From Eledone cirrhosa (lineage: Eukaryota): a DNA stretch of 64,000 nucleotides. Position 1 is the stretch's first letter, and each line of letters starts with the position of its first letter. The notes beneath the pieces are model-generated. The model was not told the origin of the DNA. It did no database searches and saw only the letters and a list, made by a program, of their open reading frames with translations. Positions 12,690 to 27,599 of this stretch are shown here, piece by piece. The position numbers and the translations under genes were made by a program. The DNA lies in the NCBI GenBank assembly GCA_964016885.1, contig OZ024743.1:264430001-264494000 (forward strand), in the 5' to 3' direction.

Positions 12690-13320
12690 GAATATTGAGA
12701 AAGAAAAGAAACGACATAAAAGTTGAAACTGTGGAACAGACACTGAGAGCGAATTATATCAAGTTCAATAGTGACATGTCACTGAATTCCCCAATTTGTA
12801 GGCTGTGTAGTGAGAAAAGTGAATCATTAAACCACTTTATTAGTGAATGTAAGATGCTTGCTCAGAAAGAGTACAGGAGAAGGACCGACAACATTGTAAA
12901 ATTGTTTCATTGGAAGTTATGTCATACTGCAAGGGCAGAAGTGAGAAAAGTTTGCTGAAAATGAACATTATAAGATTTTGTGGGACATGATCATCCAGTG
13001 AGACCATTTTACGGTGACTAGAAAGTCTGACAATATTTTCATAGAAAAGAAGAACAAGGCATGCTTCACCTTGGGACCACAGGGAGAAAGAGATGGAAAG
13101 TGAAACATTTGAGAAATACTAGGAGCTGAAAAGAGAAATCAGGAAGCTGTGACGAATCAGAAACGTAGAAGTGGTACCGATTGTGGTTGGCGCACATAAA
13201 GCAGTTAATAGATGGCTGGATGCGTGGTTTGAGAAAGGATGAATTACCACTAGGACAGGATTGTTGCAGAAAACAGACTTGCTGGGAACAGCAAAAATTC
13301 TAAGAACGGTCTAGGAAAGT
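12690..13320 (+). pseudogene. R4/Dong-like non-LTR retrotransposon C-terminus (CCHC plus restriction-like endonuclease)
   Basis: CRLCSEKSESLNHFISECKMLAQKEY...HWKLC, KILWD and VEVVPIVVGA motifs with stops and frameshifts. Confidence 0.75.
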
Positions 13321-13543
13321 TGAAGAAAAAGGAATGACCCAAAGAATGTTTGGCGATTGGCTTTGGCTCACTCTTTTGGTATAGTGTCAGTATAAGATCT
13401 TCCAGAACAAAAAAATTACGAATAATAATAATTGTTTCTACTTTAGGCACAATGCCAGCAATTACCCAGTACATTACTGGTACTTTATTTTATCGACCCT
13501 GTATTACGAATAATAATAATAACCACAATTATATTGACAATGA

Positions 13544-13587
13544 TGAAGAAGAAGAAGAAGAAGAAGAAGAAGAAGAAGAAGAAGAAG

Positions 13588-13619
<32 letters not shown>

Positions 13620-13653
13620 CGAAAACAACAACAACAACAACAAATAACAATAA
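13544..13653. repeat. (GAA)n(CAA)n trinucleotide microsatellite
   Basis: Direct reading. Confidence 0.95.
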
Positions 13654-14735
13654 CGATGGCCACGGCAACATCGACAACAAAAAACATTTAATCCGATAAA
13701 TATGCATTCTTTTAAACATGTGAGAAAAAAAGATTTCAACAGGAACCTTTTCAAATACTGCCTAGTTGCCAGTTCAAAGCGATTATCATGTGACAGTATA
13801 CAAACAAACAAAAAAAAAACCGACAGATGTATGGTGCTCCATGATATCACTTTAAAAGCTATATGTCAAGTATAGCTAAACGAGGTTGTCCGTATTCCAG
13901 AGCAAATTTCCTGGTTAGCCAATATTTTTTCTGTGTTTTCGTGTATTTTGATTTGTGGCCTGGGAATAAAAAAAGAACCACATAAATCCTCACCACCACC
14001 ACCTTCATCAACTTCTACGTGTGAATTCGTTCTTTAAATATCTCAAAAGAGAATTTATTCGCCTGTGTGAAGTACTTCTTAATCACCTCTCTTAAAGATA
14101 TATTCCTTTCTCTACTCGCTTCCTCCAATGCACCCGAAAGAGATATTCTTCTAATATACATAAAGATCCCCCACGTATTATAGCTCAGCCTACTATATAT
14201 TATCTCATAGGGAATAGAAATAATAAAACTGTTCAAATAATGAAATATTAGTTGGCGAACATATAACCTGAAAAGTATTTCTCACGTGGGAGAGTGTCGC
14301 TGGATTGACGTAAAAACGTCGAAATCTGGAATCTATTGAGGTTTAATACTATATTAGAGTTTCATAATGATGTAGGCTTCATATAATAAGAAGCATTGTG
14401 GGATTATATGAAGCAATTTTCAACGAGACATTAAGTAATAGAGAAGTAATTTAGTGATTCGCGCATGACGGTAGTAGCGAGTGCAAACAGAAGGGTTCGG
14501 TATTGCATAATATGGACTATTCAATAGCATCTTTTTTGTATATTAAAGTGTAATACCCACCTAGCTTTTGATTTCACGGTTTTCGAAACAAATATGAAAA
14601 AAATATAGTCAGAATATATTGTTGAAATAGAACACCTGGGTATATGTACGATTAAGAATGGAACGCAATCCATGCCACCTCGCCATGTCTATTCTAACAT
14701 GCTGCTGTAATTGGTTAAAATATTCTGTATTGAAA

Positions 14736-14920
14736 TAATTGTTTCTACATTAGGCACAAGGCCAGCAAATACCCAGTGCATTACTGGTACTTTATTTTAT
14801 CGACCCCGTAAGGATGAAAGGCAAAGTTAACCTCGGCGGGATTTGAACTCAGAATGGCAAGGGCCGTAACTCTATACGTCAAAGCATGGCGTCCGACCCT
14901 CTCCCAATACTGCCAATCCA
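14736..14920 (-). mobile_element. tRNA-derived SINE (same family as 5975)
   Basis: Reverse complement of the 5975-6160 element including the B-box. Confidence 0.8.
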
Positions 14921-15299
14921 ATAATGTTTACCCAATGCAAAGTATATAATACACGTTAATAACCTTATTAAGCAGTGGGTGGTAAGCTTCACTGTTGCAA
15001 GACTAATGTTATGCATAATGGACGTTGCTAATGTTCTTGAAGTTCTTGTAACGAATTAAAATTGTATGAAGCCATACCTTGCTAGCTTTAAATCCTAATA
15101 TAATGTTTTTGTCTCCCTTATTGTTTATATAGCTTAAGCAAATTTCCACGCAGAATATTTCCACCAGCAGAGATATGTTTCAGCACCATGTTCTCTAGCT
15201 ACAAATCTAAATATTTTCCCTGCTTTACAAGCATTTCTCAAGAGCCTGAGTCACCATTTTTGACTTTGTATATATGTATGTTCTTCTGGTGGTGGAATG

Positions 15300-15460
15300 G
15301 CCATTTACGTTCTGAGTTCAAATTCAGCCAGGGTTAATTTTGCCTTTCATCCTTACGAGGTCGAAAAATAAAGGACAAGTAACGCACCGGGGTCAATGTA
15401 CTCGATATTATCCTCCCCCAAATTGTTGGCATTGAGCCTCAATCAGAAATAATTATTTTA
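15300..15460 (+). mobile_element. tRNA-derived SINE, diverged
   Basis: CTGAGTTCAAATT...TTTGCCTTTCATCCTTACGAGGTCG. Confidence 0.7.
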
Positions 15461-18282
15461 TAAATTCTCAACAGTAGAGAGAAAGCCAGTCTCAGTCACA
15501 GAAACAAACTTTTACATTGGAATTTAGGCATCAATCATGTAAATATCTATGTAAGTCTATATGCGCGCGCGCGCGCACGCGCGCGTGTGTGTGTGTGTGT
15601 GTGAGTGTATATGAATGTGTGTATTTGTGTTTGTGGCGGTATCGCTGTTATTGCATGTGAGGATTGGTACGTTTTCCTTTATATTTGTTCACCTTAAAGA
15701 ACAAGGAATTTACTGACAGTATAAATAGTACCACACAGAGACTGTCTCATTAAAATATACCCCTTCGTTATTCTATTTTATCAGACAATATAAAGCGCCT
15801 TCTCTGTAGTAAACATCGACCTAGTAACCCAGCAAGAATATTGGTTCCGTATGACTCTGATTATGATATCTGTGAGTTTAGCGAGTCAAAGGACCTACAT
15901 TATCTAAGAGTAAGGAAGAGAATCGAATTCTTTCCGGAACTACAGCTGGACTTAACCAAGTTTCTCCTTTCTTTTTAAATTAAGAGGTGCTCAACAAAAT
16001 CTCCTTTCGTCCTAACTGCTGGCTCATCTATGGTGATATTGCTATAGTCACATTCATTCTGGGAGAATATATTTAGACAGGGTGTATACATTGAAAGCTT
16101 TTAGATTTTGGCCTGCATTAGGTCGGTAGTTTTTTGTCAAGTAAGTGTCCTCGCTTTGGGAGAAAAACTGTGTTTCTGCTAATGTCAGCTGTTTGATATA
16201 TCTATACTTTCTTTGAGAGATTATTGGTAGAGGTTCGTAAGATACATCTGATTGTAAGTCAGTTTTTGTACCAGTGACCGAAAATCATGTCTCTTCCTGT
16301 GCTTTCTTATCTTGAGGTTTTCTTATCAGAGTCTCAAGGAAATGTTGGTGCTATAGAGTGGCAATCGTTTGTTCAAATCTCATTCAACCACACTGCAACT
16401 TGGTTGAAATCCTTTCCCCCACCACATATTTTTCTCAAAAGGAATCTGTTTCTGAGTCAGTCACAGTGAAATCTATTGATTTGCCACTTATACCTCTATA
16501 GATTGGTGATTGGTTTCGCATACTGGCGTGTTTGAACATTCAAACGATCTCTATACTCGAGCGCGTAGCGGCTTCACTCATGTATGTATGTATGTGATAT
16601 GTAGGTACAATATGTATGTAATCATATTTCGTGTCCATATATATATTTGTTTTCTGTATATAAACATGTATACATCCGAATGTATGTGAATATATATATA
16701 TATATAATAGAATTGGAATTTAGCATCGAACATAGCTGTATACATATATGTATTTGAATTTCGTATATCTAAAGAAATACGATATGTTTATAAATAAACA
16801 TTTAGAAATCCATAGCTATGCATAACACACTGGCAGCTATCTCCACCAGCGTGCTCGACACAAGCATGGGGGACAATGGTCGAGGTACCGATATTAATGT
16901 TTGGTTCGGCTATTTCATGTGTCATTACTATTTTACGCTTCTATCCACTCATCACTACAACTATTACTACTCCTATTACCATTATTATTATCATCATTGA
17001 TCTTATCATTATTATTGTTGTTTTTATTTATGTTTTTCTCCCTTGTATCTAAAAATACTAGCGCACTGTATCATGTAAGGAAATCAATATTCTGTAATTA
17101 AAGTCGAGTGACGTGACTTCTAACGATCAGCGACATTAAGACACACCAGACTAATGAAACAATTATAAATACTTTAAATAAACCCTATTGTTCAACCAAC
17201 CATGTTATTCTTCATTCTTTTACTATATATATATATATAACATTATCGGTTATAAATTATGACACATTTAATTTCCATCCGCGCAGCAAGGAATAAACTC
17301 CTTGTTTTATATTGGTTTTGTACTCTTCAGCATTCAAAACAACAAAGTTATTCCTATTATTTATATTCCTGTATTGTATACGGAAGTTTTCACTTCCGTT
17401 TTCACAGGATTTTCCTCGAACCACTTTTTGGAGATTTTCTTGATGGATTCCTTCATAATATATTATTTCCATACAGTTATCAGTATCTGACCCTTTTCAT
17501 GCAGAATATACATTATTATCTAAATATGTATAATGAATGAGAGTTAAAATTCTCTACATATGACTGCTTCACTTTTAATGTGAATTCAAGAGAAAAGAAC
17601 AGTGTATTCGATTCTGCTATTATATTTACTCTATTATTGGAATGGCTTTAGAATTATTTCTTTTAACCTGGTTTTCTCTCAGATCTTTCACCTTAGCAAC
17701 ACACACTGCGTAATCCACCGGATTTTCTAGAGGCCTTGTTTCTTTCATATACTCAGCATCGGGTCAAGGATTATGGTAAATAAATGAAAGAGAAATTCAA
17801 CTATATACGAAGCTAAAATGAGTCTATTCTATAGAAGTGTAGAAATTATTCCCTTGAGATAAGGAACACGAAGAATTCCGCGATTCAAGGAAAAAATATT
17901 ACAATTAATCTGCTAGAAAGAATCAATCTGATTTCGTTTTACCGTCGTGAGAATATATCTTTGTAACCTTATACATGCAAACAATACAAAGCTGGGTTGC
18001 GGAAATAAGAATATATTACAAACCGACATTATTCAACTCAGATATGGCTGCTTTGTTGTATAAGAAGAAACAGTGTAAAGTATATGGAAAAGGATTTGAA
18101 ACTTTGTGTATTTGGTACAATATTTAAAGTGATAATATATCGACATAAATGGAAATGGAAATTGTGACAGGGTTTCGGTTTGACTGGAATTTTATCACTT
18201 TAAGTTTACTGCATAAATGATTGTCCCTCACTCACACACACACATATATATATATTTATGTACATATATATGTATATATATG

Positions 18283-18355
<73 letters not shown>

Positions 18356-18463
18356 GCAGCTGAGCTAGAATGAAGGGTTCATTCTACTGACATCGCTTGT
18401 TTGCATAATTGCAAACGAATCGAATGTTATTATGGATATTCGAAAAACTGAGACTACATTTGT

Positions 18464-18555
<92 letters not shown>

Positions 18556-18625
18556 GTGGGTAATAATAAATATTACCCGATTACAATATGAAAATAGCTC
18601 AATGTAAAATACCAAGTGTACTACA

Positions 18626-19100
18626 GAGTCGAAATACAATATAAATGACAATCAAAGAATGTTTAAAACATTAAATCGCTTACGATCGTTTCATCCTAGC
18701 ACAATGCCAATTCATTGATAATAAAGGTCAAACACAAATAATATATCAACACTTCGTCACAAGAACATACGTAATATAGGAGGCTAGATAAGCATAAGTA
18801 TCAGCATTTATATGTAGAGTAGAACACCCGAGATTCGTTGGGTCACGTTCATTTCAAAATATCTTTTAAAAATCATGTCCAATGAAAAATAATTTTCAAA
18901 AAATTGAAATATACACAGATATGTATATAATGTGAAATGAAACTGGAAGGCCCTTAAATATATATATATATATATATACGTATGTGTATGTATATATATA
19001 TATAAATGTGTGTTTGTATACATACATATATATATATGTATGTGTGTGTGAGAATATATATGTGTGTGTGGGTGTTTGTGATCTATATTCACTGCTCATA

Positions 19101-19172
<72 letters not shown>

Positions 19173-20025
19173 TATATATATATATATATATGTATATACA
19201 CACACACACAGACATCCACATATATGTATATACACAACAATACCACCAACTCTATTCCATTCTCCTACTCTGTCTTCTCTCCCTCTCTCTATGTCTCACT
19301 TTCAATCTACTCTGTCACAATTAATATTTCTTCCTCCCGATCTCGATCTCTCTCTCTCTATTTGTCTCTCTCTCTTTCTTTGGTGGTCTGATTTAAGCGA
19401 AATTTGTATTATTCCATTTGTATTCCCATTTCAGGGACAACTTCCTTTCAAAGTATTTCCCCATTATGCACCCGTTTGGCTGTATTACATTACAGACAAG
19501 CAAGCAAGCAATCACAGACTTTTAGTAATGCATATATAGCAGAGGCGGAAGAGACATAAGAAGAATAGTAGCATATAAATTCAATACAAATTAGAAGCAG
19601 ATAAAAGCATTTCAAATAAAAAAAAATTAATAAACATGCTTTATAGAAAAATTGGAAAATATGCTGCTACTGAAAGGTTAAGTACGATGAAAAACACATA
19701 TCCTAAGTAGTAACGAAATTAATGGAGTTAATAAGGGGAGGCATGAAATTCAAATATGAATTCAAAAGACATCGCCAAAAAAATATTTTTAATTTTTCAT
19801 TTAAAAAAATATTTTTCATTATGCTTTAAAAAAATTTAAATTCCATGCTAAGATGGGGTTTTTTATGCTTTACGATACATGACTTTATCTCCCTTATTCT
19901 AATATGGGATTCTTTTCGATGATGTATTCTATTTACTCAACATTAACTCTTTTGGATGGTGGGGAAAAAAAATTATTATTATGATTGAATTACGTAGTCG
20001 AACTTTTTTTAAATGCATAATATAC

Positions 20026-20074
<49 letters not shown>

Positions 20075-20715
20075 AAGGTTTATATATATATATATATAAA
20101 GTCATAAATATACATGTGTTTTGCAACGGGTCACTTTGTGGCTCAATGAAGAATTAATAAATTAAATAATCAGAGATATATATCATAAAACATGTCTATA
20201 GAATCACCAGATAAAATATATACCCTTTCCTCTCCCAATTAGCATAATTAACCATATAAAAAATCAATTAGACCAAGCTATAAGAATAAAGGCTCCTACG
20301 AAGAAATCTCCGACAAATAACCGCAAGTAACCCCTTCGCAGCGGTTACGACGGATCATTTATCGAATATTTCGACAGCATGTATGAGTCGAAATACAATA
20401 TAAATGACAATCAAAGGATGTTTAAAACATTTAATCGCTTACGATCGTTTCATCCTAGCAAAATGCCGATCCATTGATAATAAAGTTCAAACACAAATAA
20501 TATACCAACAGTTCGTCACAAGAATATTATGAGGATACGTAATATAGGAGGCTAGATAAGCATAAGTATCAACATTTATATGTAGACTAGAACACCCGAG
20601 ATTCGTTGGGTCACGTTCATTTCAAAATATCTTTTAAAAATCATGTCCACTGAAAAATAATTTTCAAAAAATTGAAATATACACAGACATGTATATAATG
20701 TGAAATGTGGAAGGC

Positions 20716-20805
<90 letters not shown>

Positions 20806-20940
20806 GTATGTGTATGTATATATATATATAAAGGTGTGTGTTTTTATACATACATATATATATATGTATGTGTGTGTGAGAATATATATATGTGTGTGGG
20901 TGTTTGAGATCTATATACACTGCTCATAGACATACACACC

Positions 20941-20990
<50 letters not shown>

Positions 20991-21847
20991 GACATCCACA
21001 TATATGTGGATACACAACAATACCACCAGCTCTATTCCATACTCCTTCTCTGTCTTCCCTCCCTCTCTCTATGTCTCACTTTCAATCTACTTTGTCACAA
21101 CCAATATCTCTTCCTCCCGATCTTTCTCTCTCTCTATTTGTCTCTCTCTCTCTTTCTTTGTTTATGAAGGTACCCGGAAAACCCCATATCTGGGGAACCC
21201 GTGGTCTGATTTCAGCGAAAGTTGTATTATTCTATTTGTATTCCCATTTCAGGGACAACTTCCTTTCAAAGTATTTCCCTATTATGCGCCCGTTTGGCTG
21301 TAATACATTACAGACAAGCAAGCAATCAATCACAGACTTTTAGTAATGCATATATAGCAGAGGCGGAAGAAGCATAAGAAGAATAGTAGCATATAAATGC
21401 AATACAAATTAGAAGCAGATAAAAGCATTACAAATTAAAAAAATTAATAAACATGCTTTATAGAAAAGTTGGAAAATATGCTGCTACTGAACGGTTAAGT
21501 ACAATGAAAAACACATATCATAAGTAGTAACGAAATTAATGGAGTTAATAAGGGTAGGCATGAAATTCAAATATGAATTCAAAACATATCGCCAAAAAAA
21601 TATTTTTAATTATTCATTTAAAAAAATATTTTTCATTATGCTTTAAAAAAAATTAAATTCCATGCTAAGATGGGTTTTTTTATGCTTAAGGATATATGAC
21701 TTTGTCTCCCCTATTCTAACATGGGATTCTTTTCGATGATGCATTCTATTTACTCAACATTAACTCTTTTGGATGGTGGGGGAAAAAATGATTATTATGA
21801 CTGAATTACGTAGTCGAACTTTTTTTAAATGCATAATATACATAAAT
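18626..21847. repeat. ~1.4-kb diverged direct duplication (18626-20029 and 20385-21847)
   Basis: Both copies run from GAGTCGAAATACAATATAAATGAC to AATGCATAATATACATAAA with scattered substitutions and indels. Confidence 0.9.
18815..19538 (+). mobile_element. Putative non-autonomous rolling-circle (Helitron/HINE-like) element
   Basis: Starts (A)CTAG..CACCCG..TCG..GGGT, has internal microsatellites, ends ACAGACAAGCAAGC...CTTTTAGTAATGCATATATAG; copies at 20585-21357 and from about 63715. Class assigned by resemblance to Lep1/DINE-1 layouts only. Confidence 0.45.
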
Positions 21848-22370
21848 AAATAAATACAATATCGGAGAAAGCTTTTTAGCGATACTCCGGCCACATTCCA
21901 ACTCACTCAACAAACATTAGGAAATAAGTGATTATATTCCCAATTATGCATTCGGGGTGCTAACTAAAAGTATTGCGTGGAAAATTGGCTGTATTATTTC
22001 ATTTGAGACATATCTAATATATCTCTTCCCAGACGGACGTCTCGTTTCATTATAGGATTCCTACAATTTGGGTGAAATTATACCAATTTATGTAGGAGCA
22101 TGTATACCATCAATAGATATATATTCAAGTGGGCTCCTATAATTCATCAGTGGGTGCCCCATTAATACTAATATTGATAATCTAACCAACATCAGCATTT
22201 AGCGATAATCACTTTCTGTGCCTAAGGTATCTGTCAGGTTGCCAGTCCAGCAGTTCTACAGAAGTGCTCAAACTGATTCAAAAAATGAGGAAGTGAATTA
22301 CCGCAAAAAAAAACAATACATACGCGTGACAATGAATTCTGAAAGGAATTCAGGCCACCTGCTAAGAACT

Positions 22371-22463
<93 letters not shown>

Positions 22464-23479
22464 AATGAAAAAGAACAAAGGAACTATTATGACATTATAA
22501 CAAGTTTATTGCCGACAGCCGTTTCGTCCGACCATATGGTGTGACTTTTCAAGACATATAATATGTGATTGCAAGTTCATTATTTACATCAACGTTTCAC
22601 TCAAGATTAGCAGTTTGAAATTGTGGTATATTTCAGCAGCTCCGCTTGTATATTTGGGGTCTATATTCTAAGGGGGCTCTTTTATATTAGTTATCGGATT
22701 TGTAAAAGGGATGGGTTATGGGGAGTTAAGAGAATCTGAAAAGGGCCTAAGAGTCAGGGATCGAAGGTTAAAAATTAGATAATTTATAATTTACGCATTA
22801 AAAGTAAAAGACTTTGATCTCGTAGAAGCACCTTAAAAAATCCCTCAATAAGTGCATAAAGCTTATAAGCCCCAATAAACCTAACAAACCAGAAGAGATT
22901 AAGAGACTAAAAAAATAAAAAAATAAAAATATAAAGTTTCCTAAAAAAATATAAAGTTTCCTAAAAAATTCCTTCGAGAGAAATTTTTTTTTTAGAAAAT
23001 AAGGTGCTTCTACGAGATTCCAAGTCTTTTACTTTTAATGCGTAAATTATGAATTATCTAATTTTTAACCTTCAATCCCTGACTGTTAGGCGCTTTTCAA
23101 ATTTTCTTAACTCCCCATAACCCATCCCTTTTACAACTCCGACAACTATTATAAAAGAGCCCCCTTAGAATATAGACCCCAAATATACAAGCGGAGCTGC
23201 TGATGTATACCACAATTTCAAACTGCTAATCTTGAGTGAAACGTTGATGTAAATAATGAACTTGCAATCACATGTTATATGCCTTGAACAATCCCATCAT
23301 ATGGTCGGACGAAACGGCTGTCGGCAATAAACTTGTTATAATGTCATAATAGTTCCTTTGTTCTTTTTCATTTATATTTCTTCTCTGCTTAGACGCATAG
23401 AGCTTAACTAGCTACCGTCGCGTATTTGGTAGGTCAGGCGTGAACATCGCGATTCACATACGACCTACCATACATCTTG

Positions 23480-23482
<3 letters not shown>
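22464..23482. mobile_element. Foldback pLTR-like element with decayed HHRs
   Basis: Inverted arms 22464-22835 and 23000-23372; HHR remnant tgcc-TTGAACA-atcc..ggac-GAAA-cggctg-TC-ggca at 23280-23326 with a mirror copy near 22510-22556; (TA)n on both sides. Confidence 0.8.
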
Positions 23483-23522
<40 letters not shown>

Positions 23523-23529
<7 letters not shown>

Positions 23530-23919
23530 GATAAGCAGAACAAGTAAAATTCAATCAATTTTTCAAAATACATTAAAAAATATAATATAAATATTTACCT
23601 CTTCTAGTGGCCCTTACTGATCAGTTTCGCTTTGTAAAACCTCATAAATCCGATGGATTTATGATGGAAAACCAAAGCTCATCAGAGAAGCATTTTCCCT
23701 TCCTAGGGCTAAACGTCCCAGGAACGACAAAATATACAACCTCCTGCCAGCTAATAAAGGTCTGAAAGGTCGTAAAAGTGACCCGTATGTAAACTGGACC
23801 GAAGTAAAAGCGGGAAAATCAAAGACTTGCTGTCTACAATTACTACTAAAAAAATAGCAGCCAAGTAAAGCAACAGATTTGTTCTCAACGGACGGAGAAA
23901 AAGGTAGAAGTTAATATGT
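23523..23919 (-). repeat. Inverted partial copy of the 485-bp unit, with HHR at 23610-23691
   Basis: Reverse complement of about 23948-24344; abuts (TA)n on the left. Confidence 0.95.
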
Positions 23920-26145
23920 ATTTCTAGGGGTACCTAGTATCCCTGGACATATTAACTTCTACCTTTTTCTCCGTCCGTTGAGAACAAATCTGTTGCTTTA
24001 CTTGGCTGCTATTTTTTTAGTAGTAATTGTAGACAGCAAGTCTTTGATTTTCCCGCTTTTACTTCGGTCCAGTTTACATACGGGTCACTTTTACGACCTT
24101 TCAGACCTTTATTAGCTGGCAGGAGGTTGTATATTTTGTCGTTCCTGGGACGTTTAGCCCTAGGAAGGGAAAATGCTTCTCTGATGAGCTTTGGTTTTCC
24201 ATCATAAATCCATCGGATTTATGAGGTTTTACAAAGCGAAACTGATCAGTAAGGGCCACTAGAAGAGGTAAATATTTATATTATATTTTTTAATGTATTT
24301 TGAAAAATTGATTGAATTTTACTTGTTCTGCTTATCTTAATATTAAAGTTCTGGTGTATCATATTAACACCATTGAACAACCTTGAATCATAGACAACCT
24401 ATGTATTTCTAGGGGTACCTAGTATCCCTGGACATATTAACTTCTACCTTTTTCTCCGTCCGTTGAGAACAAATCTGTTGCTTTACTTGGCTGCTATTTT
24501 TTTAGTAGTAATTGTAGACAGCAAGTCTTTGATTTTCCCGCTTTTACTTCGGTCCAGTTTACATACGGGTCACTTTTACGACCTTTCAGACCTTTATTAG
24601 CTGGCAGGAGGTTGTATATTTTGTCGTTCCTGGGACGTTTAGCCCTAGGAAGGGAAAATGCTTCTCTGATGAGCTTTGGTTTTCCATCATAAATCCATCG
24701 GATTTATGAGGTTTTACAAAGCGAAACTGATCAGTAAGTGCCACTAGAAGAGGTAAATATTTATATTATATTTTTTAATGTATTTTGAAAAATTGATTGA
24801 ATTTTACTTGTTCTGCTTATCTTAATATTAAAGTTCTGGTGTATCATATTAACACCATTGAACAACCTTGAATCATAGACAACCTATGTATTTCTAGGGG
24901 TACCTAGTATCCCTGGACATATTAACTTCTACCTTTTTCTCCGTCCGTTGAGAACAAATCTGTTGCTTTACTTGGCTGCTATTTTTTTAGTAGTAATTGT
25001 AGACAGCAAGTCTTTGATTTTCCCGCTTTTACTTCGGTCCAGTTTACATACGGGTCACTTTTACGACCTTTCAGACCTTTATTAGCTGGCAGGAGGTTGT
25101 ATATTTTGTCGTTCCTGGGACGTTTAGCCCTAGGAAGGGAAAATGCTTCTCTGATGAGCTTTGGTTTTCCATCATAAATCCATCGGATTTATGATGTTTT
25201 ACAAAGCGAAACTGATCAGTAAGGGCCACTAGAAGAGGTAAATATTTATATTATATTTTTTAATGTATTTTGAAAAATTGATTGAATTTTACTTGTTCTG
25301 CTTATCTTAATATTAAAGTTCTGGTGTATCATATTAACACCATTGAACAACCTTGAATCATAGACAACCTTTGTATTTCTAGGGGTACCTAGTATCCCTG
25401 GACATATTAACTTCTACCTTTTTCTCCGTCCGTTGAGAACAAATCTGTTGCTTTACTTGGCTGCTATTTTTTTAGTAGTAATTGTAGACAGCAAGTCTTT
25501 GATTTTCCCGCTTTTACTTCGGTCCAGTTTACATACGGGTCACTTTTACGACCTTTCAGACCTTTATTAGCTGGCAGGAGGTTGTATATTTTGTCGTTCC
25601 TGGGACGTTTAGCCCTAGGAAGGGAAAATGCTTCTCTGATGAGCTTTGGTTTTCCATCATAAATCCATCGGATTTATGAGGTTTTACAAAGCGAAACTGA
25701 TCAGTAAGGGCCACTAGAAGAGGTAAATATTTATATTATATTTTTTAATGTATTTTGAAAAATTGATTGAATTTTACTTGTTCTGCTTATCTTAATATTA
25801 AAGTTCTGGTGTATCATATTAACACCATTGAACAACCTTGAATCATAGACAACCTATGTATTTCTAGGGGTACCTAGTATCCCTGGACATATTAACTTCT
25901 ACCTTTTTCTCCGTCCGTTGAGAACAAATCTGTTGCTTTACTTGGCTGCTATTTTTTTAGTAGTAATTGTAGACAGCAAGTCTTTGATTTTCCCGCTTTT
26001 ACTTCGGTCCAGTTTACATACGGGTCACTTTTACGACCTTTCAGACCTTTATTAGCTGGCAGGAGGTTGTATATTTTGTCGTTCCTGGGACGTTTAGCCC
26101 TAGGAAGGGAAAATGCTTCTCTGATGAGCTTTGGCTTTCCATCAT
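23915..26145 (+). mobile_element. 485-bp tandem array, one HHR per unit (retrozyme-like family B, 4.6 units)
   Basis: Unit starts at 23915, 24400, 24885, 25370 and 25855; CTGATGA at 24181, 24666, 25151, 25636 and 26121 (last truncated); only isolated substitutions between units; no ORF. Confidence 0.93.
24175..24256 (+). ncRNA. Type I hammerhead ribozyme (family B, first direct unit)
   Basis: gcttct-CTGATGA-gctttg..tcataaatcc atc ggatttatga..caaagc-GAAA-ctgatcag-TA^agggc; predicted cleavage after 24251. Confidence 0.85.
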
Positions 26146-26377
26146 GACGTGGCAGCGGTCAAGTTAGAAAGGTTGTGATTAGTTTCTTACGGCTGGTAGG
26201 CTTTTTGCTAGAAAGCGCAGCCCAATACAGCCAAAATTGTATCTCAACCTAACGGGAGATTACTACATATAAAGGTTTACATATATATCTATATATAAAG
26301 TCATAAATATATATGTGTTTTGCAACGGGTCACTTTTGTCACTCAATGAAAAATTAATAAATTAAATAATCAGAGCT

Positions 26378-27109
<732 letters not shown>

Positions 27110-27117
27110 TCGTGCGC

Positions 27118-27171
<54 letters not shown>

Positions 27172-27599
27172 GCGTGTGTGTGTGTGTATGTGTGTGTCTG
27201 TGCATACTTATTTCATATATATTACTTACACAATCTCAAACTGATGTCTTCGACCCTCCTCCAGGAGTAGAAGCATCTTTTCTTTTGACTAGGATAAATA
27301 GCTCCAGCATTCAGAAGGTTTTTGCGATTTCAACGGTAATATATAATAATATTTCGAACACTTACTCTTCTTTGTTTTTAAGTAAGAGAAAAAAATCTGT
27401 CCTGTTTCTCTGTTTGATAATGAAGAAAGAATTGAAGTGGGTGTAAAAATGGGAGGCACATAGAAAAAAGAGCGAGATAAAATGGTCATAAACAAAGTAG
27501 AAGAAAATAATAATTGACGGGAAGAGGTCAACATAGTCAATACCTAAACTGAAGATGGCAGAATCTCTGTCATCGGAACAGACTGCTCTTTAATCAACA

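Noticed and set aside
15760-16450. Minus-strand RT fragment (KNYRP-like motif near 16120-16135)
   Set aside because: Too degraded to support a call from a single motif.
23915-26145. CRISPR array or ordinary satellite
   Set aside because: No repeat-spacer alternation and a eukaryotic context; the per-unit HHR and inverted first copy fit a retroelement origin better.
27545-27592. CTGAAGA-hairpin-GGAA-CAGACTG motif
   Set aside because: Needs several edits to fit the hammerhead consensus; at best a very old remnant.
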